DNA from: Chromera velia
Taxonomy: Eukaryota
Direction of reading: 5' to 3'
Assembly (NCBI GenBank): GCA_018398765.1
Contig: JAHBMJ010000435.1
Location: 1-47,114 of the forward strand
DNA length: 47,114 nucleotides
In this document: positions 22,150-35,444 of the stretch, piece by piece
How positions within the stretch are numbered: the first letter of the stretch is position 1
Layout: every line of letters begins with the position of its first letter
Translations under genes and position numbers: made by a program
Notes under the pieces: generated by a model
The model's database searches: none
Seen by the model: the letters and a program-made list of their open reading frames with translations, nothing else
Told to the model about the DNA's origin: nothing

Positions 22150-22633
22150 ATGGCCGGAGTTTGGCAGGCCACCAACTTCCTGTTTCCTGCGGAGGATGAG
22201 CTGGGGATGGACGAGTACATCGGTCGGATTCTGGATCAGAATTGGCCCAGCGAGCCCGAGAACCGATACGTAGACGAGGTGTTCAAGCTGCTCCAAAGGA
22301 GGGTCGGTTGGTCGGTCTGTTTGTTTGTATAATTTTTTGTGCGCTTGTGTGCGTGTTGTAGCTCTCTTTCAGACTAGAAAGAAAGTGCCGTGTTCGATCC
22401 GGGCCTCTTTTGTGCGTGCTGCCTCCGAAGAAAGGGCAGAAGACAGACTCGGGAAAATTTCGCCTTGGGGATTTCTTCTTTTCCTTGTGAAGTCGATTAG
22501 TCGACTGAAGGAAGGAAGAGTTTTGCTTGCATTGATGGATGGATGGATTGATTGCTCTTTCCTCTCTTCTTCCCCTTTCTTTGCACGCGTGAATTCTGTC
22601 TCTCGCATGATGAAGCAAGATGCGATTCGATTC

Positions 22634-22694
<61 letters not shown>

Positions 22695-25296
22695 CTTGGC
22701 TTCCTTCCAATTCGGCCAGGCCGTCTCGCTCTGCGTGCGCAGGTGAGTGCATCGACAATAACACTTCATTCTTTTTCTTTCTTTCTCTCTCCCTCTCTCT
22801 ATCTTTGTCTGTCTGTCTGTTTGGTCCGTGTCCTCTGAGGGTGCCTGCAGGTCGCGGAAGTAGAGCCGACTGCTGTGGTCGTGCCATTCGGGGGGCGGGC
22901 GTCGGGATTTGCCATGAAGGGGAGCGATTTGGATGCGCAGGTCATTCAGGCAGGCAGGGGGGGGGGGGTTGGAGTGAGTGAGGGGGTTAATTCTCTGGAA
23001 ATACTTCCTTATTCTCTCCTTTCCTCTCTTCTTTTTTCAGCCTTTTCGTCTTTCTGCATTGTTTCTCTTGCTATCTGTTTCTCTGTCTGTTGGCATCTGT
23101 CTGTCTTGCCACTGTTTTGAGTGCAGCACCCAGAGGAACGGCCTTGCCTTCTGTCTGTCTGTCTCTCCCTTTTTCTGCATATCCCTTCTCCATCACATCA
23201 CAAGGATGGTCTGCCCTCTTTCTGATCAAGGAAGCGTGTCCTCCTTCTTGCACGGTTACCCATGTACATGCACTGTGATGGTGGTGGCAAACCAATTGAA
23301 TTGAGTGGATCGAGGGGGGCCCGTGTGGAGGGCGCTGCATTGCATTGCGTGCAGGTCCTGATTCTGAACTCTGAACACCCGGAGCACCCGAACACCATGC
23401 CCCCGCAGCTGTTCGTCACGGACCCCGACGACCCCCCGTCCGGGGAGGGGGAGGGGCCGTGGAGGCAGAGGACAGTCGCCTTTCTGGGGGTGCGTTTGTT
23501 CCGTTCAATCGTCTGAATTTCTTTCTTTTTCAGGCTTTCTCTGTGGGGAGAGAGAGAGAGAGAAAGAAAGAAAGAAAAAAAACAGAAAAGAAAGAAAGAA
23601 AAAGCAACAAACAGATAAGGAAAAGAAAGGTTCTTCTTTCTGCCTAGTCAGCAAGATGGAAAAAGTTGAAAAGAGGGATAGAGAGAATCCATCCGTGTCT
23701 CTCTCTTTTGTCCACGACAATTCTTCTTATCGGTCTGTCAGTGAGAGGTGGAGCCGGTACAATCAATATGTGAGGGAATGGATAAACAAAACAAATCGCT
23801 GCGTTCGTGATACACGATTGAATCGGTGCGAGCGTGTGTGAGTGAGTGAGTGCAGAAGGTAAACCGAAACATCTGGAGGCTCAAAACTGCTCAGTTCAGC
23901 CTCCAGTCATTTGTCCAGACATCTAATCTGGTTGTGAGAACGTCCTTCGCCGATCTGGGTGGCATCGTCTCGGATCTCTCGGCGTCCTGTGCCACCGGGG
24001 TGGCTGCTTGCGTCATGTTCCGATGGTCAGTTCGTTCTTGTGGCGGCTTTTCTTTTCTTTTGTTTTCTTGGATAGGGAGGGAGGGACGGACTGAAGTCCC
24101 TCTTTGTATTGCGATTTGTCGGGTACAAAGAGGTGAATGAATGAGTGAGTGAGCGTTTGGAGGAACGCGAAGTTCCGGGAGGAGTGCGTTCATGCCTCCA
24201 GGGTTTGAGAAGCGAGAAATGTGCAGTCTCTCTCTCTCTCTTTCTCTCTCCCTCTCTGTGCGTGTGAGGCTGGGGTTGCAGTTTTGGGACCTCTCTGTAC
24301 CTGTGCGGTTGATTGCCGCAGTAAAGGGAAAAGAAAGGAAGAGAGGCAGACAGAAAAATAAGATAAGAAAAAAGAAGAGAAGACAAGAGTGAGTGCATGA
24401 GTTCCGAAGCAGTTGAAAGAAATCGGGATGGAAGGAAGCAGCTGTTGCGGTTCCCAACTCCATCTGCTTGTATGTCTGTCTGCCCTATGTATGTATGGCT
24501 CTATACCACTTTTCTTCCTCCCTCTAAAGCTTGAGTGGCTGGCGAAGGGACGAGGTTGCGTGTCTGCCTGCATGTGTTGATTGATTGATGGATTGTTTGA
24601 TTGTTCCTGCCTGCTCTTCTGCAGGTACGCCGAGTTGTGCCCAGAGGTGGGGCTCTTGGGGCGTCTGGTGAAGATCTGGAATAAGCGGTTGATGGAGGAG
24701 GGGGTGCTGTGCGCAGGCAACGACGTTAGTTCGTCGGCAGGGAAGGGAGGGAGGGAGGGAGGGGAACATTTTTGCAGTTGGATTTCCTTTCGTTCGACAT
24801 TCGCTCTTGTTTTCTTTTTCATGCCTTCCTCCCAGGAACGTCTTTTCTTCTTTCTTTTCTCCACGCACAAGGAGCATTCGCCGAGAAAAAAAAAAAAAAC
24901 AGGAACGTACACAGCAGGGTTGACTGCTCGTTTGCATCCTTGCTTCATTCTTCGGTTGGTTGGTTGGTTGCAGAAGCTGCCGAGCTACGCCGTGATTGTC
25001 CTGGTTCTCCGCTTCCTGACTGAGTTCCACCCTGTGTTCCGGTACTGGACGCCCGCCCTCTGGAAGGACTCGACGGGGCGGGTACTGCCTGCAGGTGAGG
25101 GAGGGAGGAGTGAGGGGGTGGAACGGACTCTGTGAGTGTGTGTGTGTGGTGNGGGGGGGGGGGGGAGGCGTGACAGAGAGAGAGTCTTCTCTGTCTCTGT
25201 GTGACAGAGAGAGAGTCTTCTCTGTCTCTGTCTATTCTGTGTCTCTTGTGCACAAGATGCGAAGACGAGAGGGGAAAGAAAGAAACATGTACCCTG

Positions 25297-25344
<48 letters not shown>

Positions 25345-28300
25345 TGTGTCTGTGAGTCTACGTGCCGATGAAGTCTTTCGGAGAAGGGCGAGCCTTGCAG
25401 GGTTGGACTTTGGATTCGATTGAGAAAGACAAAAAGAAAGAAAGCATTGGTGTTCGAACGCATTCGCACTGACTCTCGATAAATCTGCTCACGTATTCTT
25501 TCTATGCATCCCTACAGTCATGCCTCTCTTTCTCTTTTGTTGTCTTCTCTTCACTCTATCAGGCTGCTTCTACGATGCGGTCATCGGGAAGGTTCAAGAA
25601 GATGACGGCAGATCTGTCGACAGGGTGGTGGAGTGGAAAAAGGTGGACCTTCGTCAGGCTGTGGTCAGCTTCTTCGGCAATTTCTTTCTTTGTTTCTTTC
25701 TCTTTCTCTATCTTTGTATCTTCCTTCCTTGCTTTCGTTCTTTCTTTCTTTCTCTGTTTCTTTGTTTCTCTCCGTCTTCGTGTCTATCTGTCTCCCTTGA
25801 TTGATTTCTTTGGATGTTTGTGTGTTTGTCTGTTTCGGGATCCACGTCTGCAAAGGACTTACTTATGCACGCGTCTGCTGTACTCATATGGGCAGCGTGA
25901 CTGCTTCATGCCAGGAGGCTCGGGCTGCACGACATGAGAGAGAGAGAGAGACATCGGGAAGGAGGAAAGGAAAGAAGCAAAGCAAAAGAAGTCCATGACG
26001 CCAACCGGACCCCGTCCTTCCTTTCTGTAGATAGACAGACTTGCTTTCTTTCTACCGATATGCATATCAGTCGCTGTACCTGAAACAGAAGCAAATTTTT
26101 TGGGGGGGGAACATGCCTCAGAAAAGGGACATGCAGGTGGGCATGCATGGTCAAAAGCCCCCCTGAGTGGCATTGTATGTGAGTGTGTTAATATTGATGT
26201 TAATATATGCACTCCGTTGCCAAGCCATCCTGAGAAAACATACACACGCACCCGTGAATGAAGAAATGAACTCATTCATGTGTGCGTACAAACAGGACAA
26301 GTTCGTCAACAAGCCCTGGGGCGCGATTGATTTCACCGTCAAACCCCGGGACCGTCAGCACTTGTTGGACGAAATCAGAGGAACAGCAGAAGGAGACAGG
26401 CCGCAGATCAGCCCGACCCGTCTCCTCCTCGACTTCTTCACGTCAGTGTGCTGCGTCGTTTTTCTTTCTTTCTTTCTTTCTTTCTTTTGGGTTATTGATA
26501 TGCATGTGGATTATTGATATACGTGTTCCGTTTCATATGTCCACAAATGTATTTAAATAGAGTCAGAGAGATCCGATCTCTTCTTTTTTGCGTTTCGTTG
26601 AGAACGTAGCATAAGATGATATCTGCCTACGTGCATCGATGTGATGTGAAAGAAAAAACAAAACAACCCGGTGGAGGGTGCCGCCACGTTTCGTGAAGTC
26701 CATCCGAGCCTTCCGCGGTCCACTCGTTCTGGTTGACTGTCTGTCATCCTTACATTCGCATATGCTCTTCTTCGGTCAAAACTACAAACCTTTAAAGGAA
26801 AACGCTGTAGGGAAAGTACAGCCGCATGTATTATTCGTTGGTTTAGCTCGGCCTAGGGTCACGAATTTTGTGTCCGTCCATCTGGGCGAGATCTGGACTC
26901 AGCGGAGCGAGGGAGTGTGCACACGCTTGTTTCATTGGGTTTGGTTCGGGCCTTCACATATATACAGATTAAGTTTGGGCACTTTATTATTTATTCACAT
27001 GAACTGTGTGTGCATGTGCGTGCAGGTTCATCGGAGCGAATCGGGTGCTTCCGTTCCGTGACTTCTTTGACATCAAGGAGCCGTTCAAGCTCACGGAGGC
27101 CATTTGTGTCGCCGGCAGGAAGACAGCGGAGCTGCTCAAAATTTGCGTCGACCTGCTGCCCCCCCACCCATGGGATAACCCCAACGGAGAGGGAGAGGGA
27201 CAGGGGGGCCCTTCCTTCACGGATCTGAGGCGAGGCCAGGCCATCCTGGAATCCATCTTCGGCGCCAACGTTCCCTGTCTGGTCTATCGTCAGTCTCTTT
27301 TCTTTCTTTCTTTCGTTCCCTCTTTCTTTTTTCCCTTTCGTCGTCTCTGAATACACACATATTCTTCTCTCTTCTTCTTCTGGTTCAAAAGAGGGACCTT
27401 CAGGGGTGTCGGTCATTTTCTCCTTCCTCCCGCATGCATTTCGTCTGCACGATCGATCGGTGTTTGCATGAATGTGTGGATTCGATTGGTAATGCGCGTA
27501 GCCCTGCGAGCGGAAAGAACGCTCTCTGCCCTCTCTCGCCACTCCAGAGTGTCTTTCCATTCTGTGTTTTGGGGGGCAGGGGGATCAGCTGTTTGCGTGT
27601 GCTTCTGTAATCTTCCGTGGTCGTAATAAGACAAGTTCCCTCGAGCCCTCACTGGGTCGGTGTGCCCTCCTTCCGTCAGTGTACCTAGCAGCGCGAATCG
27701 ATGCGTTTTGTTTAGGACGCACCCCCTTTCCGGAGCGCCGCTTTGAACCTCTGCATGCGCCACGCGATGTGTTGTGTTGTCTGACTGTTTTTGAGAGATC
27801 CACTGTCGTTCAGAGAAGCAAGGGGTTGGGCGTTAGAAGAGAATTTTAGTTGTTCGGTCGGTGTAAAGAGACTTCGCACATGTCTAGCTCAGCAGTCGAA
27901 GAGGCTTTTTATCTTTCATGCCTTACTCACTGTCTGATTTGAGTGACAAACGTACATGCAGCCACTCATACTCATCTGTATGGCCCTCGGTCTGATCATG
28001 CATTCATCCCTTCCCTCCTTCACTCCCTGCCTCCCTCTGACTACCTGCTCAACTCTTTGCATCCTCAATCGGTTGCGCCATCGCATGTTGAATGGCTGAA
28101 TGCAGACAGGCAATGCCCCACTGATGCCCAACTGCCAGCCCCCGCAGAGTATCCGACCCCCGACCCTCTGGGGGAAGAGCCTCCACACAAAGTTCAGAAG
28201 ATGACGACTGGAGAGATCCAAAACGCACTTGACACCTACACCGACACACCCTTCTTCCCTAACCATGCCGACATGCCCCTCCCCGAACACCGCATCCCAC

Positions 28301-29421
28301 CCCCACGCACCCCCGGTGTTCCGACACTCGCTGCCGATTTGTCTAACGCCTCTACTGAAACCACCAGCTCACCCGCTCCCGTCCCTCCGGCCCCCTCCCG
28401 TGCTCGGGGCTTCCCGCCTTCCTCTCCGCCGCGCCGAGTTCGTGTGACGAGGGGTGCGGACGAGAGAGACAGGATGAGGGAGGAGGGCGAGAGAGGCTGG
28501 GTGAGAGAGGAGGACGAGAGAGGCAGGAGGAGAGATGAGAGCGCATGGGGGTGGGGGGAGAAAAGGGAAAGCAGACATTCAGGCAAACCCGCCCCCCTCT
28601 CTGCCGGCAGTTCATCAGAATCCGAATCCCCCCGTCCGCACACACAAAGGGGAACAGGGAAAGCGAGAGGAGACGGGGGAGGTGGAAGGAGTGAAAGCAA
28701 CAATGCCTCTTCGCACTCTAGTGAGCTTTACCCGAGATCCCCTCGCAGGAACAGGGAGAGAGAGACGGACAGGCGCAGGGACTTAGGGGAACAGCACCGC
28801 GTCAGAAACACACCCCCGCACTCCCTTTCCCCTCCGCCCCGTGGAGCCCGACTTCGCCCCCTTCCTCGATACAGAGATTGGGAGCGATCGGAACAGAAAT
28901 GGGTCAGAGGGAACGACGTGAGCTTTTCTGAGAAGTCTCACTGGACAACAGAGACACAGATAGAGAGGGAAAGGGAATGGGAGGAAGAAACAGAACGTAC
29001 ACGAGAAAGAGAGAGACGGGAAAGGCAAAGAGAAGAAAGAGACGAAGAAGAGGACGAGGAGAGAGAGAGACAGCGGGAGTCATGGAAAATGCTGAAGCAG
29101 ACTCGGAGAGAGGAGGCAGAAAGAGAAGCACGAGAGGCATTCGAACGAGTGCAAAATCTGGAAATGCAAAGAGACTTGCTGCTACTCGACATAGAAACAG
29201 AGAAAGCGAAAAGAATAGCAGAGAAAAGAAAAGAAAGAGCTGACGAGTTGAGCAGAAAGGCAGAAGAAAGCTTGGTCAGTGCTCCCAACAGGGCTGTCGC
29301 CTCTGCGTCTGCGTCTGCTGCTGTGTCCGAGAGAAGATCCCCCTCATACAGACGATATGCGAGGACAGAGATGCCGGATGGAGATTGGGAAATGGACTGG
29401 GGGGATTCCTTTCCCTCTTAG
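22150..29421 (+). CDS. Non-canonical poly(A) polymerase / terminal uridylyltransferase (Cid1/Trf4/TENT family, Pol-beta NTase plus PAP-associated domain) with a long Pro/Arg/Glu-rich tail; exons 22150-22302, 22851-22940, 23355-23489, 23856-24025, 24625-24724, 24974-25094, 25563-25663, 26296-26441, 27026-27288, 28106-29421
   Basis: All junctions are phase-consistent. Motifs: PFGGRASGFAMKGSDLD (hG[GS]..DhD), IVSDLS (third Asp), YAELCPEVGLLGRLVKIW, LPSYAVIVLVLRFL, RLLLDFFTF and DIKEPF. Extra upstream exons near 21011-21303 are possible. Confidence 0.88.
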
Positions 29422-29480
29422 GGGGATTCCTTTCCCTCTCAGGGGGATTCCTTTCCCTCTCAGGGGGATTCCTTTCCCCC
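29399..29480 (+). repeat. 21-bp tandem repeat, 4 copies, overlapping the stop codon
   Basis: GGGGGATTCCTTTCCCTCTCA-like unit; the junction of copies 1 and 2 supplies the TAG at 29419-29421. Confidence 0.9.
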
Positions 29481-30178
29481 TCGTCCCCGGGGCCGTAGTC
29501 ATCGGTCTGAGGGGAGAGACAGGGACAGGGAGAGAGAGACTGACGGGAACCGGTGACCGACCCGAGAGTGATGCATGGAGCTTCTAGTTGCATGCATCAC
29601 ATGAAAGCAGAAGGAAGGAAGGAAGCAGATGTTGTTGTTTGCATCGATTGAGCGAGTTGAAAGATATCCACCTGATGGCGGGGGGATCAGATGAGATGAG
29701 CACGTCCCAAATCCATTCTGCCAGGCAGGCAGGCAGGCAGAGGATGGGAAGCGGGACGGGAACAGAACGGGCGACCTCTCTTCCTCGTCTCTCGTCTCGT
29801 CTCGTGTTTTCTCCTCCCAGGTTGCTGCTGTTTTCTCTTCCTTTCCCTTTTTGTTTGTTTGTGCGTGTGTTCTTTCTCCCTGTCTGTCTGATGGAGGAGG
29901 CAGATCGATTGTGCACTTCTGGTCTTTTCTTTTGCCTTCGGGTTCCTCTCTCTCTGCTCTGCTTCTGCAGTCACGCACTCACCCCCTTTCCCCTGTACCT
30001 ACGCTTGCTTACAGCGCTGATAAGGAGAGGCACAACAGAGAGAAAAGTGAAAGAGGAGAGAGAAGCGGCGCCACTTAACCAAAGCGCCAGTTGGGCCTTT
30101 TTTGCCTTGTTGTTTCTGTTCTTCTATTTCTTTCTTTTTTTGTGCCGTTCGGTGTGGTGCAAAGAGGGGGTTTGTGGG

Positions 30179-30300
30179 TGGAGGACGAGGATGGCTGATG
30201 GAATCGGACTGATTGCATCATACGGGAGGCGAAGAGGGGAGGACGAGGATGGCTGATGGAATCGGACTGATTGCATCATACGGGAGGCGAAGAGGGGAGG
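30179..30300. repeat. ~59-bp near-perfect tandem duplication
   Basis: GGAGGACGAGGATGGCTGATGGAATCGGACTGATTGCATCATACGGGAGGCGAAGAGGG occurs twice. Confidence 0.9.
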
Positions 30301-33300
30301 GAAGGGGGGGGCAGAGAAGGTCCGATTTTGAGGATCGAATGCATGAGGATCGAGGGGACAGACAATTAATGGCACGAAATAAAAGAAAGAAAGTCCCCGA
30401 TGGAGGAACTGGACAGGACGGCGAGGGGAGGGCGGGTCCGTCCCTTCCCTCCCTCTCTCTCTCTCTACCTCTCCCAAATACGCTCCCCTTTAGAATGGAT
30501 CTACAGACTCGACTGCCTCAACCAAGTATCTTCCCGTCCACTCTCCCCCCCCAAACAAGAGAGGAAAGTGTGGAGGGAGAATTGAAAAAAGAAAAGGACT
30601 CTCGCCCCCCGCAATGAAAGAGTGAAGTGTAATCAGTGAGTCTCGGGCTCATGCAGAAAGGCAGAAAGAAACCATGGTAGCAAAGCACTACCCCTTCCTT
30701 CGTCTGCGCCCAGATGTGCAGTTCGTCAGAAAGCCAGGTTGCATGGTCTCGTTGACACAGACAGATGTATGCTGCATGCCCGATTGATGTGTTGGTCGAT
30801 GTGTTGATTTGTTGACTGCTTGCTTGATTGATTGATTGATTCATCAACGTCTTGTTTGCTTGTTGGTTGGTTGGTTGGTTGGTTGGTTGGTTGACTGATT
30901 CCCTCACTTATTGATTCCCTCATTCACTTATTCATTCATTCATTCATTCATTCATTTATTCATTCGGAGTCGATCGATCGATGATGAATGAACGAATGCG
31001 CATCTATCTGCATCCATCCATCCATCCAGCCCAGAGAGGTGAGGTGGTAGGTGTCCTCTCTGCAGGTCCTCTCGTGAGGGTCCTCTCTCGTATAGTGCTG
31101 CTGCTGCTGCTGCTGCAAGAGAGAGAGAAAGAGAGAGAGAGGTGTTGTTGCAACAGGGGCGAGGGTGGGCTGACGCCACTCTTTACCTCCATGGCACGTT
31201 TCATCAATTTCCACATAATCGAACCTTCGAATTTCTCCCCATGCACACAGAAACCCTCACACACACACACACACACACATACACAAGGGAGGGGAACAAA
31301 GAGACAGCACCATGAGCTGAAGAGGATTCAAAGGAAGAAACTGAGAAGGAGGAGGCAGGAAAGAGGCGAGAACAGAGGAGGGAGGGAAGAGAAAGACAGA
31401 GAGAGGAGGGAAAAAACGCTTTTATCCCAACTTTCATGATTGAATAGACGCAGAGACCCAGAGGGAGCTTTTTTCTCTTCCTCTTCCTTCCCTCCTGCGG
31501 AGCTGTCCGTCGAGTTCTTCGTTGTCGTCTTCCTTCACCCTCCCACCCTTCCGTCCTTGTGCTTCTCCCCCGCTCTTCTTTAGTCCGTCCCTTCCTTTCT
31601 CCTGACCTTTCTATTCCAATTCAAATCTGTGCTTCCTCCCTCCTTCGGTCTGTTTTTTTCTTTTTTTTTCCTGCCATCGCCCTCCCTACTCTTCCTTCCC
31701 TTTCTCCCTGAATCCCCACCACGCACCACCGCCATGCATCTCGCGCCGCTGCAGGCTGATCCACACACGATCGATCGATCGATCGACGGATCAACAGATA
31801 GATAGATAGATAGATTCGGGCCCTGCTTGCTCCGGTCAGTGTTGGCTGCCTCTGCTGTCGGTGGGTGAAATGAGCCGGGGGCCCTCTGTCTGTGTGTCTG
31901 ACCTCGTTTCTTGTTGACTTGCGGTCATGTGCAGCTGGTCACATTCGGGACGGTGTATTAATAACAAGAAAGGACGACGCAGAAGGAATTAAGAAGACGG
32001 CATATGGACCAGACACGAGAGAGAGAGAGGGAGGGTGATCGATCGATCAATCGACATCCGCATGAGTGCTTCAAGAGAGAGAAGAAAAAACACAAACAAA
32101 AGATCACTTATTGCATGAGGAGGAGGCAGAGGACGCCTGAGGGCCGTCGCTTTCTTTTGTCAGAAACGCAACAGAGGGAAAGAGAAGGCTCTCGTCGGAA
32201 GAGATAAAAAGAAGCGACAGGAAAAGAAGAGAAAAAGGGAGAAGCGACAGCGGATAAGCAGAGACGTGTGAGATAAGGGGGAGAGCCTTCCCTAACGACC
32301 TTTTTTTTGCCGATCTCTGATCCGTCTTCTCCTTCGTTGCCTCTGTTTTTGCTCTTCCACTTGTCCGCCAGCCTCTCTATGCGTTTGAGCGACCATGGCA
32401 CGCGACTCATGAGAGCCAGAAGGAGGGGGGGATTCGAGTGGAGGAGGCTCAGCTCGGAGACGCAGCAGGACGTTATCTAACTGGGCCGGCGGTGGAGAGG
32501 GGGGGGGCGGTTTGGTTGTTGCCGTGAGGGGAGGAGCGCCGGCTGCTTCCCTGGTAGCGTGCGTACTTGTGTATATGTGTATAGACTCACTGGGCAATGG
32601 TTCCAACTGAAAAACGGGAACCGCAAGTGGAGGGTCCGGGATTCTAAATTTGTTTTGTGGTCTGATCCTGTGTCTGTCTCTGTGTATGAGGGAGAGAAAA
32701 AACAATTTGATCAAAAGTTTGCAAGTGGTTGGCCAGAACCTAAGTGGTGGCTCACCGGCTTTAACCGCCTCAATTCAATTCAATTCAAGTTTCAAACCTA
32801 GCGTTAAATGGGAATGCTAGTGGGAATGATTGTATAGGGTGTAAAACTATAGGTCCAAAAGTTGACTAAAACTTTCTAGCAAACTTTGAGGTTTCATACT
32901 CACCGCAAATAAGCCTTACATAGCTAGCTAGAAATGAGCATGCCTAATATCATTGTCTACACACGATAAGTTTAGGATGATCTAGATGAAGCACCTAAAC
33001 TTATTCGAAGAAGAAAGAGAGAAGTCAACTGAACATAGTTGGACTTACGAACAGAAATGAAGAATGTTAATCTGGGAGATGCCCACAAGAACACGAAGAT
33101 CTTCAAAGTATCCGAGAAATCGATCGATCAATCAAGATAAATTCTAGACGCGAAGACAAAGAGTAGACTTTCTATCTACTTCAAACTGCGCAATCAGATC
33201 CACTTGAATTCTTAGAATCGATAGTATCCAAAGCAAACCACGCTTCAGTTGCTTGGACAATGAAGAGATCATACCAAATGGACCGCGGTGATCAATCGAT

Positions 33301-33920
33301 GGGCAGACTGATGGCCCTGGAAAATGACTCATTGCATGCCTCATAAAGTAAAAATCCCGTACGCACAGGCGGGGTACTGAAATAATGACGTACACAGTTC
33401 TTTCACGCTGCACGCTTTACCTCTGAAGCGCTCTGAAGCTTTACAATACGTATAAAAGCCTAGATAAGAGCATCATTGAATCTATGATTGATTGATTGAT
33501 TTTGTAGGAACCAGAGCATACATATAGGCATGTATATATCATATGACGTACGTTAACCAGGTGTCATTTTCTTTGCTTTCCAGGGCTGTTAGATGTAGTT
33601 AGATGCAGATTTTATTACACTTTAGAGCCTAGTTCAGAACTTCAACCGACTAAAAAGACGCCCGTAAGCTAGGCTCTCTACTTAGTTCTCAAACCATAGC
33701 AAAAACAGCGGTACCCACTACTTAGTAGGCTGAAAGTCACGGTGCCCATAACTTTACACATTTTGCTAGACATTTTGGGGTAGACGTCAGCCTTCCAGGT
33801 TTCCCAGCCTGGGTATATGAGTAGTATATATAATCGAGGAAAAGCAATTCAAAGAATAAAGAAAAGATCGAAAAAAAGAAAAAATTGAGATAAAAAGACG
33901 GGGGCAGATTGTTTGAGTTA

Positions 33921-34186
33921 CAGTGTGTTGTTAGGAATAATTACTGGCCCTTCTCAGAAAGCTTTTGGTTACCATCAAATTAGTAACCAAAACTTGGTAA
34001 CTAGGGGGGTTTGAGAGGATTACCACTACCGCAGTAATCTAGCTGTATCTGTTTACAAATGTGTTGCATCGAGATATAATATAACTAGGAGAAACGTATC
34101 TTTAAAAACTGTGTACGAGTATAGTATGACGTAAAAAAGGCCGCCTCGGTAACTAAACTAAGTTGGTTACTCCTAACAGCACAGTG
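33921..34186. mobile_element. Candidate MITE (Tc1/mariner-like), 266 bp
   Basis: Left end CAGTGTGTTGTTAGGAATAA versus reverse-complemented right end CACTGTGCTGTTAGGAGTAA, 17/20 identical. TA lies on both sides (33919-20, 34187-88). Internal hairpin TTTTGGTTAC..GTAACCAAAA. Non-coding. Confidence 0.6.
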
Positions 34187-35444
34187 TAGTTTGAGTTGAC
34201 TCCCCCAAGCCTAGCCTTCGTCCATCTTTTAATCCTACACTCGACCTACAGACTAGTCTTAAATTCAAAGCCAATCTTTGTTCATGGTTCAGAACAAGCC
34301 TCAGGCTTTTTTTAGCTGTTGGAGGATATTTGTTATGTCTTTGCACATCTATTTAATTTCTCTTTTAGGGAAGGGTTGCCGAGCTTAACTTTTGTGAAAC
34401 GTTAAAAGTTTTAAATTTTGAAAGCTCGGCCACTAGTTTTGGTAAACAACGATGACGTATGATGATGATGCATGAATCGCAGCACCATAATCATGATAAT
34501 GATGATGCCGATCTGGCAATGGCCCGGGGCCCCGGGGTAATAATACAATACCCTAAATTCATATATTGTATGATAGCTTACACGAGCCAACTAATAATGA
34601 TAATAATCAGTTTGAAATTTGAATAATTATAAATAATAATTATTATGATGATGATATCATAATGATGTTAATGGTGGTGAATGTATCATCTCAACTTATA
34701 AATATTTTTTTATCTCGCTGACTACAAATACTGCAAAGTGTTTTGTTCATTACTCAGTAAGCTTCTTACCTTTATATAGTACGTTTTGCTTTTCATTTTT
34801 ATTTTTACACCGCCAAAAGCCATTAGAGTTTATTTACTTGAAGAGAAGAGTAGTTTAGCTTCCTTTTTACGGTTTATGCTTGTGCGTTCTTTGACGTGCT
34901 TCGAAAACAACCTGGGTTCACTGCAGCCTTAAAAAGGGCTGCTGGAGTCCAAAAAGTCACCAGAAACCGTGCTAGCAGCGGAGAAGGTTGGAAGGTGTCC
35001 TCGATGAACACCGAAAGAACCTGCAGGGGTGTTCAGTGATCGAGAGAAGTAAAGCTGCAGCAGACGGAGAGCCACGCAGGCGAAAGCGGATGCGGCATGG
35101 GAGTACTTAACTCACCCGAAAGAAAGTCAAGTCACAGCACAAACCACGCAATTAAAGTGAGTATTCTCAGAAACATCCAATTGCATGCATTCGTCAGTTC
35201 CCAGCACATTCACGTGGAGAGTAATCAAAGTTCCTCTTGTCTTTCTGATGTCGTACACTGACCAAAGCAGCAATCAAGCAGTCATGTCGCAACAAGAGGA
35301 GACAGGATAAAGACATAAAAATTTAAATGCGTGCGCTCGTTTCACATCATGCACTCATTAGGCTCTTCTAGAGTTCTGAATGACGACAGAGACATTTTTT
35401 TCTCTGCATGGCATAGCACTCTAAATTGACGTCATTCAAGGCAC

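Noticed and set aside
30600..32720. Possible minus-strand gene starting MSRVPWSLKRIERLADKW
   Set aside because: I could not build a phase-consistent model. The candidate exon at ~31750-31460 has stops in all three frames and no domain is recognisable.
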